From: Emiliania huxleyi CCMP1516
Lineage: Eukaryota
Assembly (NCBI RefSeq): GCF_000372725.1
Contig: NW_005201154.1
Location: forward strand, 1-64,000
Direction: 5' to 3'
Length of the DNA: 64,000 nucleotides
Shown: one piece after another, positions 51,730 to 62,053 of the stretch
Layout: every line of letters begins with the position of its first letter
Numbering within the stretch: position 1 is the first letter of the stretch
The notes under the pieces: model-generated
What the model was told of the DNA's origin: nothing
The model's input: only the letters and a program-made list of their open reading frames with translations
The model's database searches: none
Made by a program: the position numbers and the translations under genes

Positions 51730-51850
51730 GCTTCACATCTCGTTACGAGATGTGATGGGGGCATGGGGGAGGAGGGAGTGCGGACTGGCGGGTTGCGAAC
51801 ACAGGGGGGGGGGGGGGGAGAAGAAGGGTTTGACGAGACACGCCCACCAG

Positions 51851-51996
51851 GGTTCCGGCTCCTACCCAGATAGGGGGTCTGTTCCCCATGACTCGCACCA
51901 AAACGCCCTACCTACCTACCTATTGCGGGCGCCAACCGCCAGGCTCCGTGCCCCACCTACCTACCTATTGCGGGGCCGCGCAGCGAAGCGAAAAAT
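51851..51996 (+). mobile_element. Harbinger-like TIR and subterminal region, same family as 55380-55604
   Basis: CAG|GGTTCCGGCTCCTACCCAGATAGGGGGTCTGT followed by (CCTA)n subterminal repeats. Confidence 0.75.
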
Positions 51997-52224
51997 ACCA
52001 GTTGAGCCCTCTGTGAATAAATACATTGTAGGCTCCCAGCGCCCGCCGCGCCCCCCCCCCCCCCCGGCTTGTACCGCGGTGCAAGGTGGTAATGTGATAG
52101 AATACAATCCGACGATGCCCCCGCGCCGCTCGCGAGCCCGCCAGAACCCAGGGGCTCGCTGTATCAGATACTGCAGAGGCAATGATGCCCGCCGTCGCCG
52201 CCGACCGCGAGGGCCTGTGCGAGC

Positions 52225-53709
52225 TTGCCACCCGAACTTCAGCTGCTGATCATGCGTTCTCTGCCGCACAGTGTGTTGACGAGCACCGCGAAGATGAGCA
52301 AGGCTCTCTGCTCTGTGGTCGCGCGGCGCGCCGCCGACTCAGACCTATGCGATAACCTGGTGGAATTCATCTCTGACCAGAAGCAACGTGCCGAGAGAAC
52401 TGCGTCGGGGCGAACTCGACGGGGCGACCTCGACGCCCTGATGGAGGCCGTAGATCGTGGGCGTGCGCTGGGGTTGGAAATGCCGCAGAGCCCGTTCCTC
52501 CAAAGAGCGCCCGGGCTGCGCGGGCAGGAGCTCCGAGCGCTCTGCCTTGAGGTGTACTACCCAAGAAGACTCAAGCCGCACCGCGACCGGAACGGCATCG
52601 TAACGGCCGCGCAGGCCGCAGCGCGTGCGCTCGAGAGATGGGACGCAGGCTCAGAGGCGCGGGTTGTCCATACTCTCCTCTCTGAGCTGCACTCGCACTT
52701 TGCAAAGCTCCACGTGTCGCTGCTCTGCGCCGCGGCAGTCGGGAGCACGCCGGAGCAGATCATCGCCCACGTGAAGGCGACACCAGAACCGCTTCGCCGA
52801 GCGACATGGTCGGTTTGGAATGGCGAGAGAGGGGTGCGAGAGCGAGCTCACGGCCTTGACGGCTGGATGGCTCGGATCGGTGCGATTGCTGGGATGACCC
52901 TGCAGCGCGCTGCGTGGACGCCACCCCTCGTTCTAGAGCTGTGGAGGGCGGCAGAGCGGCTGGACAAGGGGCTGTGCGGCGTGACCACCAGCGGCATCGC
53001 GCGCCTCCAGATGATGCTCTCCGAGCCCGAGGGTGGGCGCGAGCTGTATCGGGCCTTCGACGGCGAGACCGACGAGGCGCCGCACTGCCTCCGCCGCAAG
53101 CCAGGGTTATTCTACCTCCGTTCGGCAGTCTTGCAGCTCGCCCTTGCGGCCTTGCACGAGACTTCGCCCGAGCCTGCCTGGCTCGCCCGGATTACCGTCA
53201 AGCTGTATGAGCCCATCCGCGAGCCGGAGAACTGGGAGGGCCCCGAACTGGCAGAGCTCCGCGAGCGAGAGCGCGCGAGGGGCGAGTGGGTCGCTGCGCA
53301 GTCGGGGCGCATATTGCTCGATCCGCACGGCCTCGCGGACTTGATCAAGGCGTTGCCCTGCCAAGCCTTGGACCTCGTCTTCCCTCCGGAGCTGCTGCCC
53401 GAGTACGAGCTGGAAGAGATGGTCGCCCTCCGCGTCTGCGCGCTCCAAAGCTTCCTCCGCGCCTGGGCGCGGGAGACGCGCGCTCTTCTCGCGTGGCCTG
53501 CCGGGAGGGAGCCGCTCGCCCTCCTGCTCGATGTCGTCTTCGAGCTGCACGACCGCGACGAGACCCTCAAGCGAGCGGTGCAGCCAGTGCTGCTCCAGTG
53601 GATGCCTCGGCTCCTCCGCCTCATGAGCGAGAGCGCGGCCGGCATCGATGTCGAGTTCATCGAGAGGATGGGCGCCGTGTCGATAATGCCCGAGGATTTG
53701 GAGGACTAG
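52225..53709 (+). CDS. Hypothetical protein with a weak F-box-like N terminus
   Basis: A 494-codon ORF containing SLPPELQLLIMRSLP. An in-frame TGA at 52183 makes the true start uncertain. Confidence 0.55.
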   Translation: MPPELQLLIMRSLPHSVLTSTAKMSKALCSVVARRAADSDLCDNLVEFISDQKQRAERTASGRTRRGDLDALMEAVDRGRALGLEMPQSPFLQRAPGLRGQELRALCLEVYYPRRLKPHRDRNGIVTAAQAAARALERWDAGSEARVVHTLLSELHSHFAKLHVSLLCAAAVGSTPEQIIAHVKATPEPLRRATWSVWNGERGVRERAHGLDGWMARIGAIAGMTLQRAAWTPPLVLELWRAAERLDKGLCGVTTSGIARLQMMLSEPEGGRELYRAFDGETDEAPHCLRRKPGLFYLRSAVLQLALAALHETSPEPAWLARITVKLYEPIREPENWEGPELAELRERERARGEWVAAQSGRILLDPHGLADLIKALPCQALDLVFPPELLPEYELEEMVALRVCALQSFLRAWARETRALLAWPAGREPLALLLDVVFELHDRDETLKRAVQPVLLQWMPRLLRLMSESAAGIDVEFIERMGAVSIMPEDLED

Positions 53710-54650
53710 ATGTTTGGCCGCGCGCACAATGGCCGCCGAGACGCTCGCCTCGATCCTCGGCAAGAACGGGCAACTGTGGGATGGGAAGGGGCCGCGGTAG
53801 CCACAGGGAGGCGGATAGAGCACGAGGGACGCAAGGTGCCAAATATAGGCTTGGGTGGCGTCGCCGCGGGGGTGCCACGGCCGTGATGCTGACTGCGGCA
53901 ACGTTTTGACTCTGCGGGGATCTCTTCTGTGCGCCATCTCGCCTCATGCGTCATGGGCGGAGGGCACTGGGCTGGGGTAGGTTTGTGCACATTCATCTTT
54001 CATGCGGGCTGTGGGAGAGGTTTGTGCACATGCGACATGCATGGGGACTCCGGGCCAGCGAGTGCGTGTGTAGCGTAGAGCATTCCGCGCGCGAGCCCAT
54101 CGATGTGGCGGACTGTGGAGCCGCGGACAGCCGTCCGGTCCGCGGGGGGTGCGCGCATGGCCGCCGGTAGGTGAGGGGTGAGCGCGCGAATGCACACATA
54201 CACAGTACACATACACATACACAGTACACATACACAGGATAGCACCCCCCCGCCTCTCTATAGAGCCGTATACTATAGAGCCGTAGAGAGAGAGACGGTC
54301 TGCCCAGAGAGCATCAGCAACCATGATGCATGTCGTAGAGCGGGGAGGGTGCAGGAGAGAGAGGGGCGCTTTAGTAAGCGTTGATTTGCATGACAGTACG
54401 ATTGACCACTGTTACACAGTCTCGAACAGCAGTCGATCGATAGAGGCCTCTCGCAGTCGCACGCACACCCAAACGTCTCACACTCCTACCCAACCGTTTT
54501 GTGGCTCCAGCACTCCACATACGTCAGTCTCACCACTGATGCCTCGGCACGGTATCGCGGCGAGTCGCTGCCGCGCACGACGCGCGCGTCTCCCTCAAAC
54601 GCCATCGCACACACGTATCACGGTTGTCCGACAGTGCCAGCAGCGCGGCC

Positions 54651-55274
54651 TCAGCTCGCGACAAAGGGCGGCTGTTTGGAGCTCGTCCACCCCGCCGCCG
54701 GGCCCGTCCGGTTGTGCACAAGAGGCGGCGCGTCCTTGGTGGACGTCTTGCCGGCCGGGTGGTTTGGCGTGTAGGACGGGTTCGGACCCAGGCGCGGGGA
54801 AAAGTCGACCGCCCAGCCCCCGCAGTGATTGACCTGCACGAGCGGCGACCACCACTCGCCCGGGTGCGCTGGGTCGCCAGCGCCGCCCTGCGACGGCGGC
54901 GGACCGCTCCAGTGCAGCGGCTCCTGGCACGGCTCGCAATACGTCCACCAGAAGCGGACGACCGGGTCGGCGGCGACGCGCGCCATGTCGGCGTCAAAGT
55001 CTGTGCCGACGTAGATGAACTGATGGAACATCATGTTCGTGGTGGGATGAAACCACACGACGAAGTCGCGCATGTTGCTCGCATACATTCTCGCCATCAC
55101 CTCCTCCCACGTTTTGTCGTGCAGCTGCTGGTACTGCTCGATCAGCTCGGGCCGGGCGCGAATCATGCCAGCGTGGTACGTGCCTCCCCGCAAGCGTCGC
55201 CGCCGAAGCCGATCGAGGATCGCAAAGGCGGCAGCGCCGGCGGCGGCGCCGAGGAGGAGTGAGCGGCACTCCAT
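54651..55274 (-). CDS. L-rhamnose mutarotase (RhaM/DUF718 family) with an N-terminal hydrophobic anchor
   Basis: RPELIEQYQQLHDKTWEEV...YVGTDFDADMARVAADPVVRFWW..CEPCQEPL...GEWW. Confidence 0.85.
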   Translation of the reverse strand: MECRSLLLGAAAGAAAFAILDRLRRRRLRGGTYHAGMIRARPELIEQYQQLHDKTWEEVMARMYASNMRDFVVWFHPTTNMMFHQFIYVGTDFDADMARVAADPVVRFWWTYCEPCQEPLHWSGPPPSQGGAGDPAHPGEWWSPLVQVNHCGGWAVDFSPRLGPNPSYTPNHPAGKTSTKDAPPLVHNRTGPAAGWTSSKQPPFVAS

Positions 55275-55379
55275 ACACACGTTTTGAACTTTCGGCGAGG
55301 TCGTTGTCAGAGAGAGTTGTTGTTGTTGTCGTCGTCACAGCAACCGCTGGCGAGGGAGTCGTCGAGAAGCTGCCTCCAG

Positions 55380-55604
55380 GGTTCCGGCTCCTACCCAGAT
55401 AGGGGGTCTGTCAGACTGGCTGGCCCCTCCCAGATAGGTAGGTAGGTTGGTCTTGTTTGGCCCAAAAGGGCCCTGCAATAGGTAGGTACCCCCTCTTTTC
55501 ATCTTTTTTCGCTTCGCTGCGCGGCCTGGGGATAGGTAGGTAGGTAGGGCGTTTTGGCGCGAGTCAGTCCCAACAGACCCCCTATCCGGGTAGGAGCCGG
55601 AACC
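55380..55604. mobile_element. 225-bp Harbinger/Tourist-like MITE
   Basis: 32-bp TIRs GGTTCCGGCTCCTACCC(A/G)GATAGGGGGTCTGT with CAG on both flanks (55377-79 and 55605-07). Confidence 0.85.
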
Positions 55605-55789
55605 CAGGGCCGCCTCAAGGGCAACGCAGGTCGATTTCTTTTTCACTATTTCACTTTTGGTTATAGCAGATCAAGGCAGAGAGAGAGATTTTGTTGTTGT
55701 CAAGGCACAGAGCTCACACAAATCACAGGTGGACTGTGATCTGTGTGACTCCTCGGGGTTTCTGGCGACTCTTGACGTAGTCGGTCGGT

Positions 55790-55965
55790 AATAAATAAAT
55801 AAATAAAATGCTTTGCCAAGAACAGACCTAAAAACAAAATAAAACGGACACATAAATAAATAAATACAACGGACATCCCAAGCTAGGCCTAGGGCTGGGT
55901 CGAGGACAGACACGTCCCCACCTTTGCAGGATTTTGCAAAAGCGAGGGGGGAGGGCGCATCGCCG
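55790..55965 (-). mobile_element. LINE-like 3' tail fragment(s)
   Basis: The reverse complement reads AAAATCCTG...GTCCTC...CTTGGGATGTCCGTTG(TATT)n, the same layout as the family A and B 3' UTRs. Similar tail tips lie at 25244-25328 (-) and 41499-41547 (+). Confidence 0.55.
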
Positions 55966-56013
55966 CGCGGAGAGGGCTGGGCACAGGGCACAGGGATCTC
56001 TCTCGCATAGGAT

Positions 56014-57206
56014 CGTCTGAACCACACGTGTCCCTCCATTCACACTCTCCCAGTCCTTCCTGGTCTAGTGCCCGTCTTCTCCGCCCGTCGTGCTGAGTTG
56101 GTCGCACCTTCGTGCTTTCTTCGTCCTTCAGACGTTTCACCTAGAGCAAGCAGGGCGGAGCGCCCCTTGGTCCACCCGCCGCCCGGGTGGGGCTTGCACG
56201 TGGCAGCGACTCGACTGGTCGCGTCAGCCCCTTTGTGAAGCCCGACACGCTATCCACTGCTCAGGCCATGCCTGACACGCCCACCAAAGCCTTGGAGTAT
56301 TCCGAAATTCGGGATCTCCTACATGGCGCTAAACAAGAAGCTGATGCAATGGTGACGGAATGCAGTTTCGACCGTGCCGCCGCCCTCGACGGGCTTGCGG
56401 CGAACCTGGCCACTCTTCTCGAGTGGAGCCGACTGCATCACAACGATGGCATCGGTTTCTTCCTCATTACGAATGGCGCTGTCTACATAGACAACATTGC
56501 GCCCACTGTTTGCTGCACCCAACACGATGCGGTGCGCTGCGCGCGCTACGAGCTGAAGCTGCTCAAGACGCGTGACTTTGCCGACTTGCTCGAGTTCGTC
56601 GCCGATGACAGTCAGTCACCCACCGCCGATGATTTTGCGCAGGTCGGAACTGTCCACAAGACGTCTTCATCCGCGAGGCCATCGAGGAAGCCAAGATCTG
56701 TGTTCCTTTCGTCCGCAGCGACGAGAACCTTGCCGACTTCTTCACGAAGCCGCTCAAACCCCAGCGCTTCTTCGAGCTGCGGGACAAGATCATGAATGTC
56801 AAGGAGCCTTCCTCCCAGTCGGATGGGAAGTGAATCTCCGTCACCGATCCGTCACCGAGACGGAGCGCGGGCGCCGGCCGCGAGCGCGAACAGTGCCGCC
56901 CCGCCCCCACCCGCGAGAGCCATAGACTCTCCAGTGCATGTCATCCAGTCCATGCCCCGTCGAGAGGGACACTCTCCTCTCTATCCATGTGAGTGACTCG
57001 ACTACGTCGAGGGGGGGGACGTCTGAACCACACGTGTCCCTCCATTCACACTCTCCCAGTCCTTCCTGGTCTAGTGCCCGTCTTCTCCGCCCGTCGTGCT
57101 GAGTTGGTCGCACCTTCGTGCTTTCTTCGTCCTTCAGACGTTTCACCTAGAGCAAGCAGGGCGGAGCGCCCCTTGGTCCACCCGCCACCCGGGTGGGGCT
57201 TGCACG
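56014..57206 (+). mobile_element. Internally deleted Ty1/copia LTR retrotransposon (TRIM-like) with CG...CG termini
   Basis: LTRs at 56014-56200 and 57020-57206 are 187 bp with one mismatch seen. The 5-bp TSD AGGAT lies at 56009-13 and 57207-11. A TGG-initial PBS starts at 56201 and a purine tract is at 57009-19. The RNase H tail FIREAIEE...ENLADFFTKPL lies at 56666-56833. Confidence 0.95.
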
Positions 57207-57246
57207 AGGATATGCACTCGGCGGCACGAGGGCAAGGCTGCGGACA

Positions 57247-57420
57247 CAAAGAAAGAAAGAAAACAGACAACCCAAGGCGCAAGGGAGGGATGGCGCGGAT
57301 GGGAGGACGGCACGCCGCCACCACACAGGGATTTTAAGGAGAGGAGTGTGGTGCTAGCCGTCGCCCACCCTAGGGAGTCTGCCTCTTCCTATCTCTCTTC
57401 GCAGTCTCTCGCCGCTTCTC
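57247..57420 (-). mobile_element. 5'-truncated LINE, family A
   Basis: Reverse complement of the ...PRVGDG* 3' end with its tail. TSD GCTGCGGACA lies at 57237-46 and 57421-30. Confidence 0.9.
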
Positions 57421-57475
57421 GCTGCGGACAAACCAAACAACCCCGAAGTTTCTTTACTCGCGCCAACCAATTGCC

Positions 57476-58500
57476 ATGGCATACTTCGCGCTCAGCTCTC
57501 TCGCGCTCAAGCTGCCTGCCGCCCCGCCTACCGGCGCCGTCGTCGGCCGCGCCCTCGCCGTCGCCGGACCGCTCGCCGCGCCGTCCGCGGTGCACGCCTC
57601 GACGGCGGCCGCCGCCTCAACCCTCGCGCTCGCCGAGATCGACTGGTCGTACGAGCTGAACAGACCGCCGATTATTCTGTCGCCCTTCGAGGTGACGCCG
57701 GTCGGCTGGACGCTCGCCGCGCTCTACGTCGGCTGGTTCTCCTGGTCCATCTTCCGGCCGCAGTCCGAGGCCGAGGCGGCGGCGTGGGAGAAGCAGGAGG
57801 CGGCGGCGTCCGAGATGGCGGCCGCAGCGGGCGCCTTCCTGCGCGAGGCGTCTGCCGAGGAGGGGGCGACGACGAGCGCCTCGGGCCTCGTCTTCAAGAG
57901 CCATGCCGAGGGCGAAGGCGCTTGCCCGACGATGGAGGACACGGTGGTTGTGCAGTACAAGGGCTCGCTCGCCGACGGCACCGTCTTCGACTCGTCGTAC
58001 GACCGCGAAAAGCCGACCGAGTTCAAGCTCAAGCAAGTGATCAAGGGGTGGGGCGAGGGGCTGCAGCGCATGCGGCCCGGCGGGAAGGCGGCGCTTCCTA
58101 GACACTTCCTACGCCGCCTCTGGCTCACACCTCCGGAACAGGCGACGCTCACCGCCCCAGATTACCCGAGATTACCCGAGATTAGGCGACGCTCACCATC
58201 CCGGCAGACCTCGCCTACGGACCGATGGGCGCGCCACCAACCATCCCGGGCAACGCCGCGCTGCGCTTCGAGGCGCGCCGCGGCAGTCCTGCCACCCCCG
58301 CCTCACCCCCGACCACTCCCCTCCCCCCGGGGCCACGTCTCGTGCGCTGTCACATCGGGCCGCTCCTCGGTCGCACGTGCGAGGGGCGGAGGCGTCGCGG
58401 CGTCGGGTCCCCTCCCTCGAGCCCCCTCCCCCCCCCCCTCCCCCCCTTCAAGGTCGAGCTGCTCGAGGTCAAGGAGAAGTCGGGCTTCTCCCTCTTTTAG
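57476..58500 (+). CDS. FKBP-type peptidyl-prolyl isomerase with a targeting or TM leader, two GC-AG introns
   Basis: SASGLVF...VVVQYKGSLADGTVFDSSY...QVIKGW.EGLQ.M.PGGK|ATLTIPADLAYG....PPTIPGNA.L.FE|VELL. Confidence 0.92.
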
Positions 58501-59419
58501 CGCGCCGCGAGCTCGCCCCCCTCCTCCTTCCCGCCCACCCCGCCTACCCGCCTCCCTCGGCGCTCTGCCTCGCCGCGTGCCTTCAGCCTACCTCCCGGCC
58601 CACTGCCCGAGGACAGGGCGGAGGAGTCTGCGCGGCACAGCCCGGCGGCGGCGGCCGGCGGGGAGAAACTCGCGAGCGCAACCGCTAGGGCCAGGCTCGC
58701 GGGCGGGCGGGCGACGCCCGCGGCCACGACGGCGAGAGTTGCCGAGCTCCCGTCCTCGTCGCCTGCGTGGGGTGGGCGCGTTGCCGTTTATCGACCGTTT
58801 AGCGTATTATTGATTCTCTTGTATCTCTTGACTCCTCTGGTAGAACGGGTATACGAGATTCGAGATGTATGTAGGGAGAAGGGAGTATTCGCAAAGAGGA
58901 GCCCCGCGCACGCACGACTCCGCAGGAGAAACCCCTCCCGCCCGTGCTTGCGCCAGCGCAGCCTCCTCCTCACAGAAAGACTGCGGCCGCCACAGCAACT
59001 GAGCGTCTCGCTGGGCGCGGGGACGGGGTCGGGGAGCCATGCGAGATCACAAGACACAACGAAAAGAGGGACGTCCAAAACGCAACACAAGAAGCCGCGG
59101 GACGCACGCACGTGTCCATCACCGGGATGAGATCGGGAGATACACACATCTGCCGAATATCTCCCGCTGGCATAGTTTGTTTGTTTTGTTGTTTATTTGT
59201 CTCTCGCGCCCCGAAGGCCGATCTGCACGGCAGCGGTTAGAACCTCGCGACTGGCTAGGTAGCCGCCCATCGGCGGAGCGCCGCCTCGCAGGGGTTTTGG
59301 CTCTGACGAGCCATGCTAGCTCCGGCCGCAGCCCCGCCCAGCCGCCCTTAGTTCGTCCCCTCAGTAGAGAAGACTAATCCTGGGGGAAGCAACCAACCGG
59401 ATGCCACACAAGTGTCAAG

Positions 59420-60679
59420 TCACAAGCACCTTCTGCGTCGCGCCGCACACACAAGACCCGTCGACAAGACCCGCGGCTCCGCGGCTACACCTCTGAGCTC
59501 TGTCCCGGAGTCCCGCTCTGCGCTCTCGCTCGAATTTTCCTTTTCTTTATTTTTCCCACGTCCTCCCCGCAAGAAGGCAGCGCCACGAGGGCACGTCGCG
59601 CGCAAACCACATCCGCATCGCTCCGCTCGAATTCCTTTTCGGATCACGAGCAGAGGTCGTGGCGATGAATGGCAGGACAGCTCCACAGTGCCGCGGAAGG
59701 AAGAAAGATGGCAGCCGCTGCAACAAGCCGACCCTCTGTTCTGGCAGCGCATGGAGGCGCACATCGACGGCTGGATCGGTGAGGAGCACTTCGACAGGCC
59801 GGCAAATGGGATGTACTTCAGGACAGTGCCAGCGCCAACGCCGAGAGCTCCAAAGTGGGGTCCCGAGGCGAAGACGAGAGTGGTGAGAGGCTCCGGCTCG
59901 TCGCCAGCCACAAACTGCACCAGGCAAAGGTCTGAGCCCAGCACCGCCTCTGGCCGCATGTGCAGTTCTCTGCTTGAGAGAAAGGCGATGTCCAACCAGT
60001 GGCCAGTCGCGCCGGATGACTGCTGAGCGCACCGCTCCGCAATGACCCGCAGCGTCGAAACCACCCGGCTCGCCCCAAAGACGATCCCAGGCTGGCCGGC
60101 CTCGCTCGCCTGCGCCTTGACGCCGAACTCAAAGGCCATCGACAGAAAGCTGCGGACGCCATCCTGCATCTCGTCCTGAGTCATCTCCTGGTAGTGTGTG
60201 CCCATCGAGTCCTCGTAGGTGCCGGGCGGGCGCGGCAGAGCGTTGGCAAAGTAATGGAGGTCCGGATCCTCAAGCAGACTCAGAGCCAAGTCCTCCGCCT
60301 CCTCCGTGGATGGGGCGTTGCTCAGGATGGACAGGATCTCCAGAAACCGAGGCCAGCTGTGCTTGGCGCCGACCACGCCGAGCCGAGCTCGCTCCCCCTG
60401 CACCTCCGCGTCGGTCTCCGAATCGGTTCCCACCCACAGGCAAAAGTGGCCTTGGAAAAGGACAGCAGGGTCGCGGACGAACCCGAGGGGGGCTGACAGC
60501 GCGATCCCCAAAAACGGCATCATGTAGCTGGTAAACAGGGCCGCCGCTGAGTTGGTGCTCTGGCTGATGACGCCCGCGACGGTGTCCCTCCGCGCGCGTA
60601 GACCCTCGGCCAGCTCCTTCATCTTTTCGCGGGGCTCGAGCTCCTCTGGCGAGTCCTCGGCAGCTGCCGCCGCGGACAT
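59420..60679 (-). CDS. Hypothetical protein
   Basis: An ATG-initiated 419-codon ORF. The first ~220 aa look protein-like, and the 3' extent is doubtful. Confidence 0.45.
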   Translation of the reverse strand: MSAAAAAEDSPEELEPREKMKELAEGLRARRDTVAGVISQSTNSAAALFTSYMMPFLGIALSAPLGFVRDPAVLFQGHFCLWVGTDSETDAEVQGERARLGVVGAKHSWPRFLEILSILSNAPSTEEAEDLALSLLEDPDLHYFANALPRPPGTYEDSMGTHYQEMTQDEMQDGVRSFLSMAFEFGVKAQASEAGQPGIVFGASRVVSTLRVIAERCAQQSSGATGHWLDIAFLSSRELHMRPEAVLGSDLCLVQFVAGDEPEPLTTLVFASGPHFGALGVGAGTVLKYIPFAGLSKCSSPIQPSMCASMRCQNRGSACCSGCHLSSFRGTVELSCHSSPRPLLVIRKGIRAERCGCGLRATCPRGAAFLRGGRGKNKEKENSSESAERDSGTELRGVAAEPRVLSTGLVCAARRRRCL

Positions 60680-60913
60680 CTCGGCGCCACCGCTGCGCTG
60701 CGACGCCCCTCCTCAAGAAGGAGCCCCTTGAGGGGCGAACGTCTTGTGCACGGCGCCTCGTGGCTCTTCACAATAAAAAAATTCCAGGCTTATAGCGGGG
60801 TGGGCCCGAGGGTGACGCGTCGAGCAGCTCGTGCAGCCGAGCATCGAATCTGTCGTGTTAGCGGAGGCCTGGAGTCCTGTGCCGTGCAGGCAGCCTTGCC
60901 CTTGGCTGTGCAC

Positions 60914-61394
60914 ATGTGGAGCAGCATCAACGCTCTGAAGCAGCAGGAGATCTGGCTGTCCAAGGCGTCACGAATGGGCCAGTCCGACTTCGTACGCCAG
61001 GTGCGCGCGGGGTTCACTAGTCTTACCTCGCGGTGTACCGACCCAGCAGCCCCATTTCTGCCCTCAGGTTGGCGGCCGGCGTTTGCCACAACTGGGGTCC
61101 GTGCACACCACTCCGGCCTTGGAGGGGGCAGAGGCGCGGCAGGTGCGCAACTTTGAGAGGCCGATCACCAAGGCAAGGTGGATGACGACGGAGCCATTCT
61201 ATCTGTCTGTCCCGTCGGACAAGGTTGTGCCGACCACAGGGCAATGGGTCAAGGTCAAGTCGAAGCTGCAAGCGGCGGCCAAGCTCGCCGCCAGCTCCAC
61301 CGCGCTCAAGAGCCGAGTAGACGCCGACTCTCGCCTGGCAGCAACCGCGCTCTTTGGCGCTTTGCCATCGCCACCTCGAGTCCTTGCGGACTGA
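60914..61394 (+). CDS. Small hypothetical protein with one intron
   Basis: Exon 60914-61000 and a GT-AG intron at 61001-61067 join in frame to the ORF ending at 61394. Confidence 0.45.
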
Positions 61395-62053
61395 GAATCG
61401 TGTATCCCTGTGTGTTTTACCTGAGACGGTGTTGGGCTTTCACAAGACGGTGTGTTGTGGTAGAGGGTCCACAGCGCCCCAAAATCCACCAGTGTGGGAT
61501 TTCGCGCAATCGCTTGACTCTGAATAGCTCGCATGTACCTCCTGCGAGCGCTGTGATCGCCGCAGACTGGCTCCAACTTGACGGCGGCATGGAGACGTGA
61601 TGCCTCCATGCCGCCGTCAAGTCGAAATCGACATGCGAGTCGATCTTTGGCCCGCCAGAGGTACATGCGGCGTTTCGGGCGACAAACAGCGCTGCGACCG
61701 CGAAGTGGCGGTGGACATGCTCCCATGTTGCCGACGCGGCGCCGGAGTGGCCGGCGCTGCTCGCCGCGACCACGACGGCTACTCTGATACTCCGGGCCGA
61801 CCCGTCCTACCCGACGGTGGCACTCTTCCACGTCTCGCTCATGCTGAGAAAAATTCTGAAACGGCGTGCAGCAGAGTCACCGACGAGTCGGTCCGCGTGA
61901 CTCCTCGTGTCCCGTACCGTTCTCACACATCCATAAACTCACTTTGGCCTCACTGAATCGATGCCTCAATCCTGAATCCTCAGATTTTAGATTAGGACGC
62001 TGTGGACCCTCTAGTTGTGGGCTTATCGTACGAACTCGCGCGCAATACAATCA

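Noticed and set aside
56201..56218. Assigning the PBS to a specific tRNA
   Set aside because: It starts with TGG but cannot be matched reliably without the host tRNA set.
58800..59200. Another LINE 3' end with a (TTTG)n tail
   Set aside because: No TSD and no similarity to families A or B were seen.
59665..59760. CRGRKKDGSRC zinc-finger-like peptide on the + strand
   Set aside because: The remaining ligands are not in frame, and it overlaps the - strand ORF.
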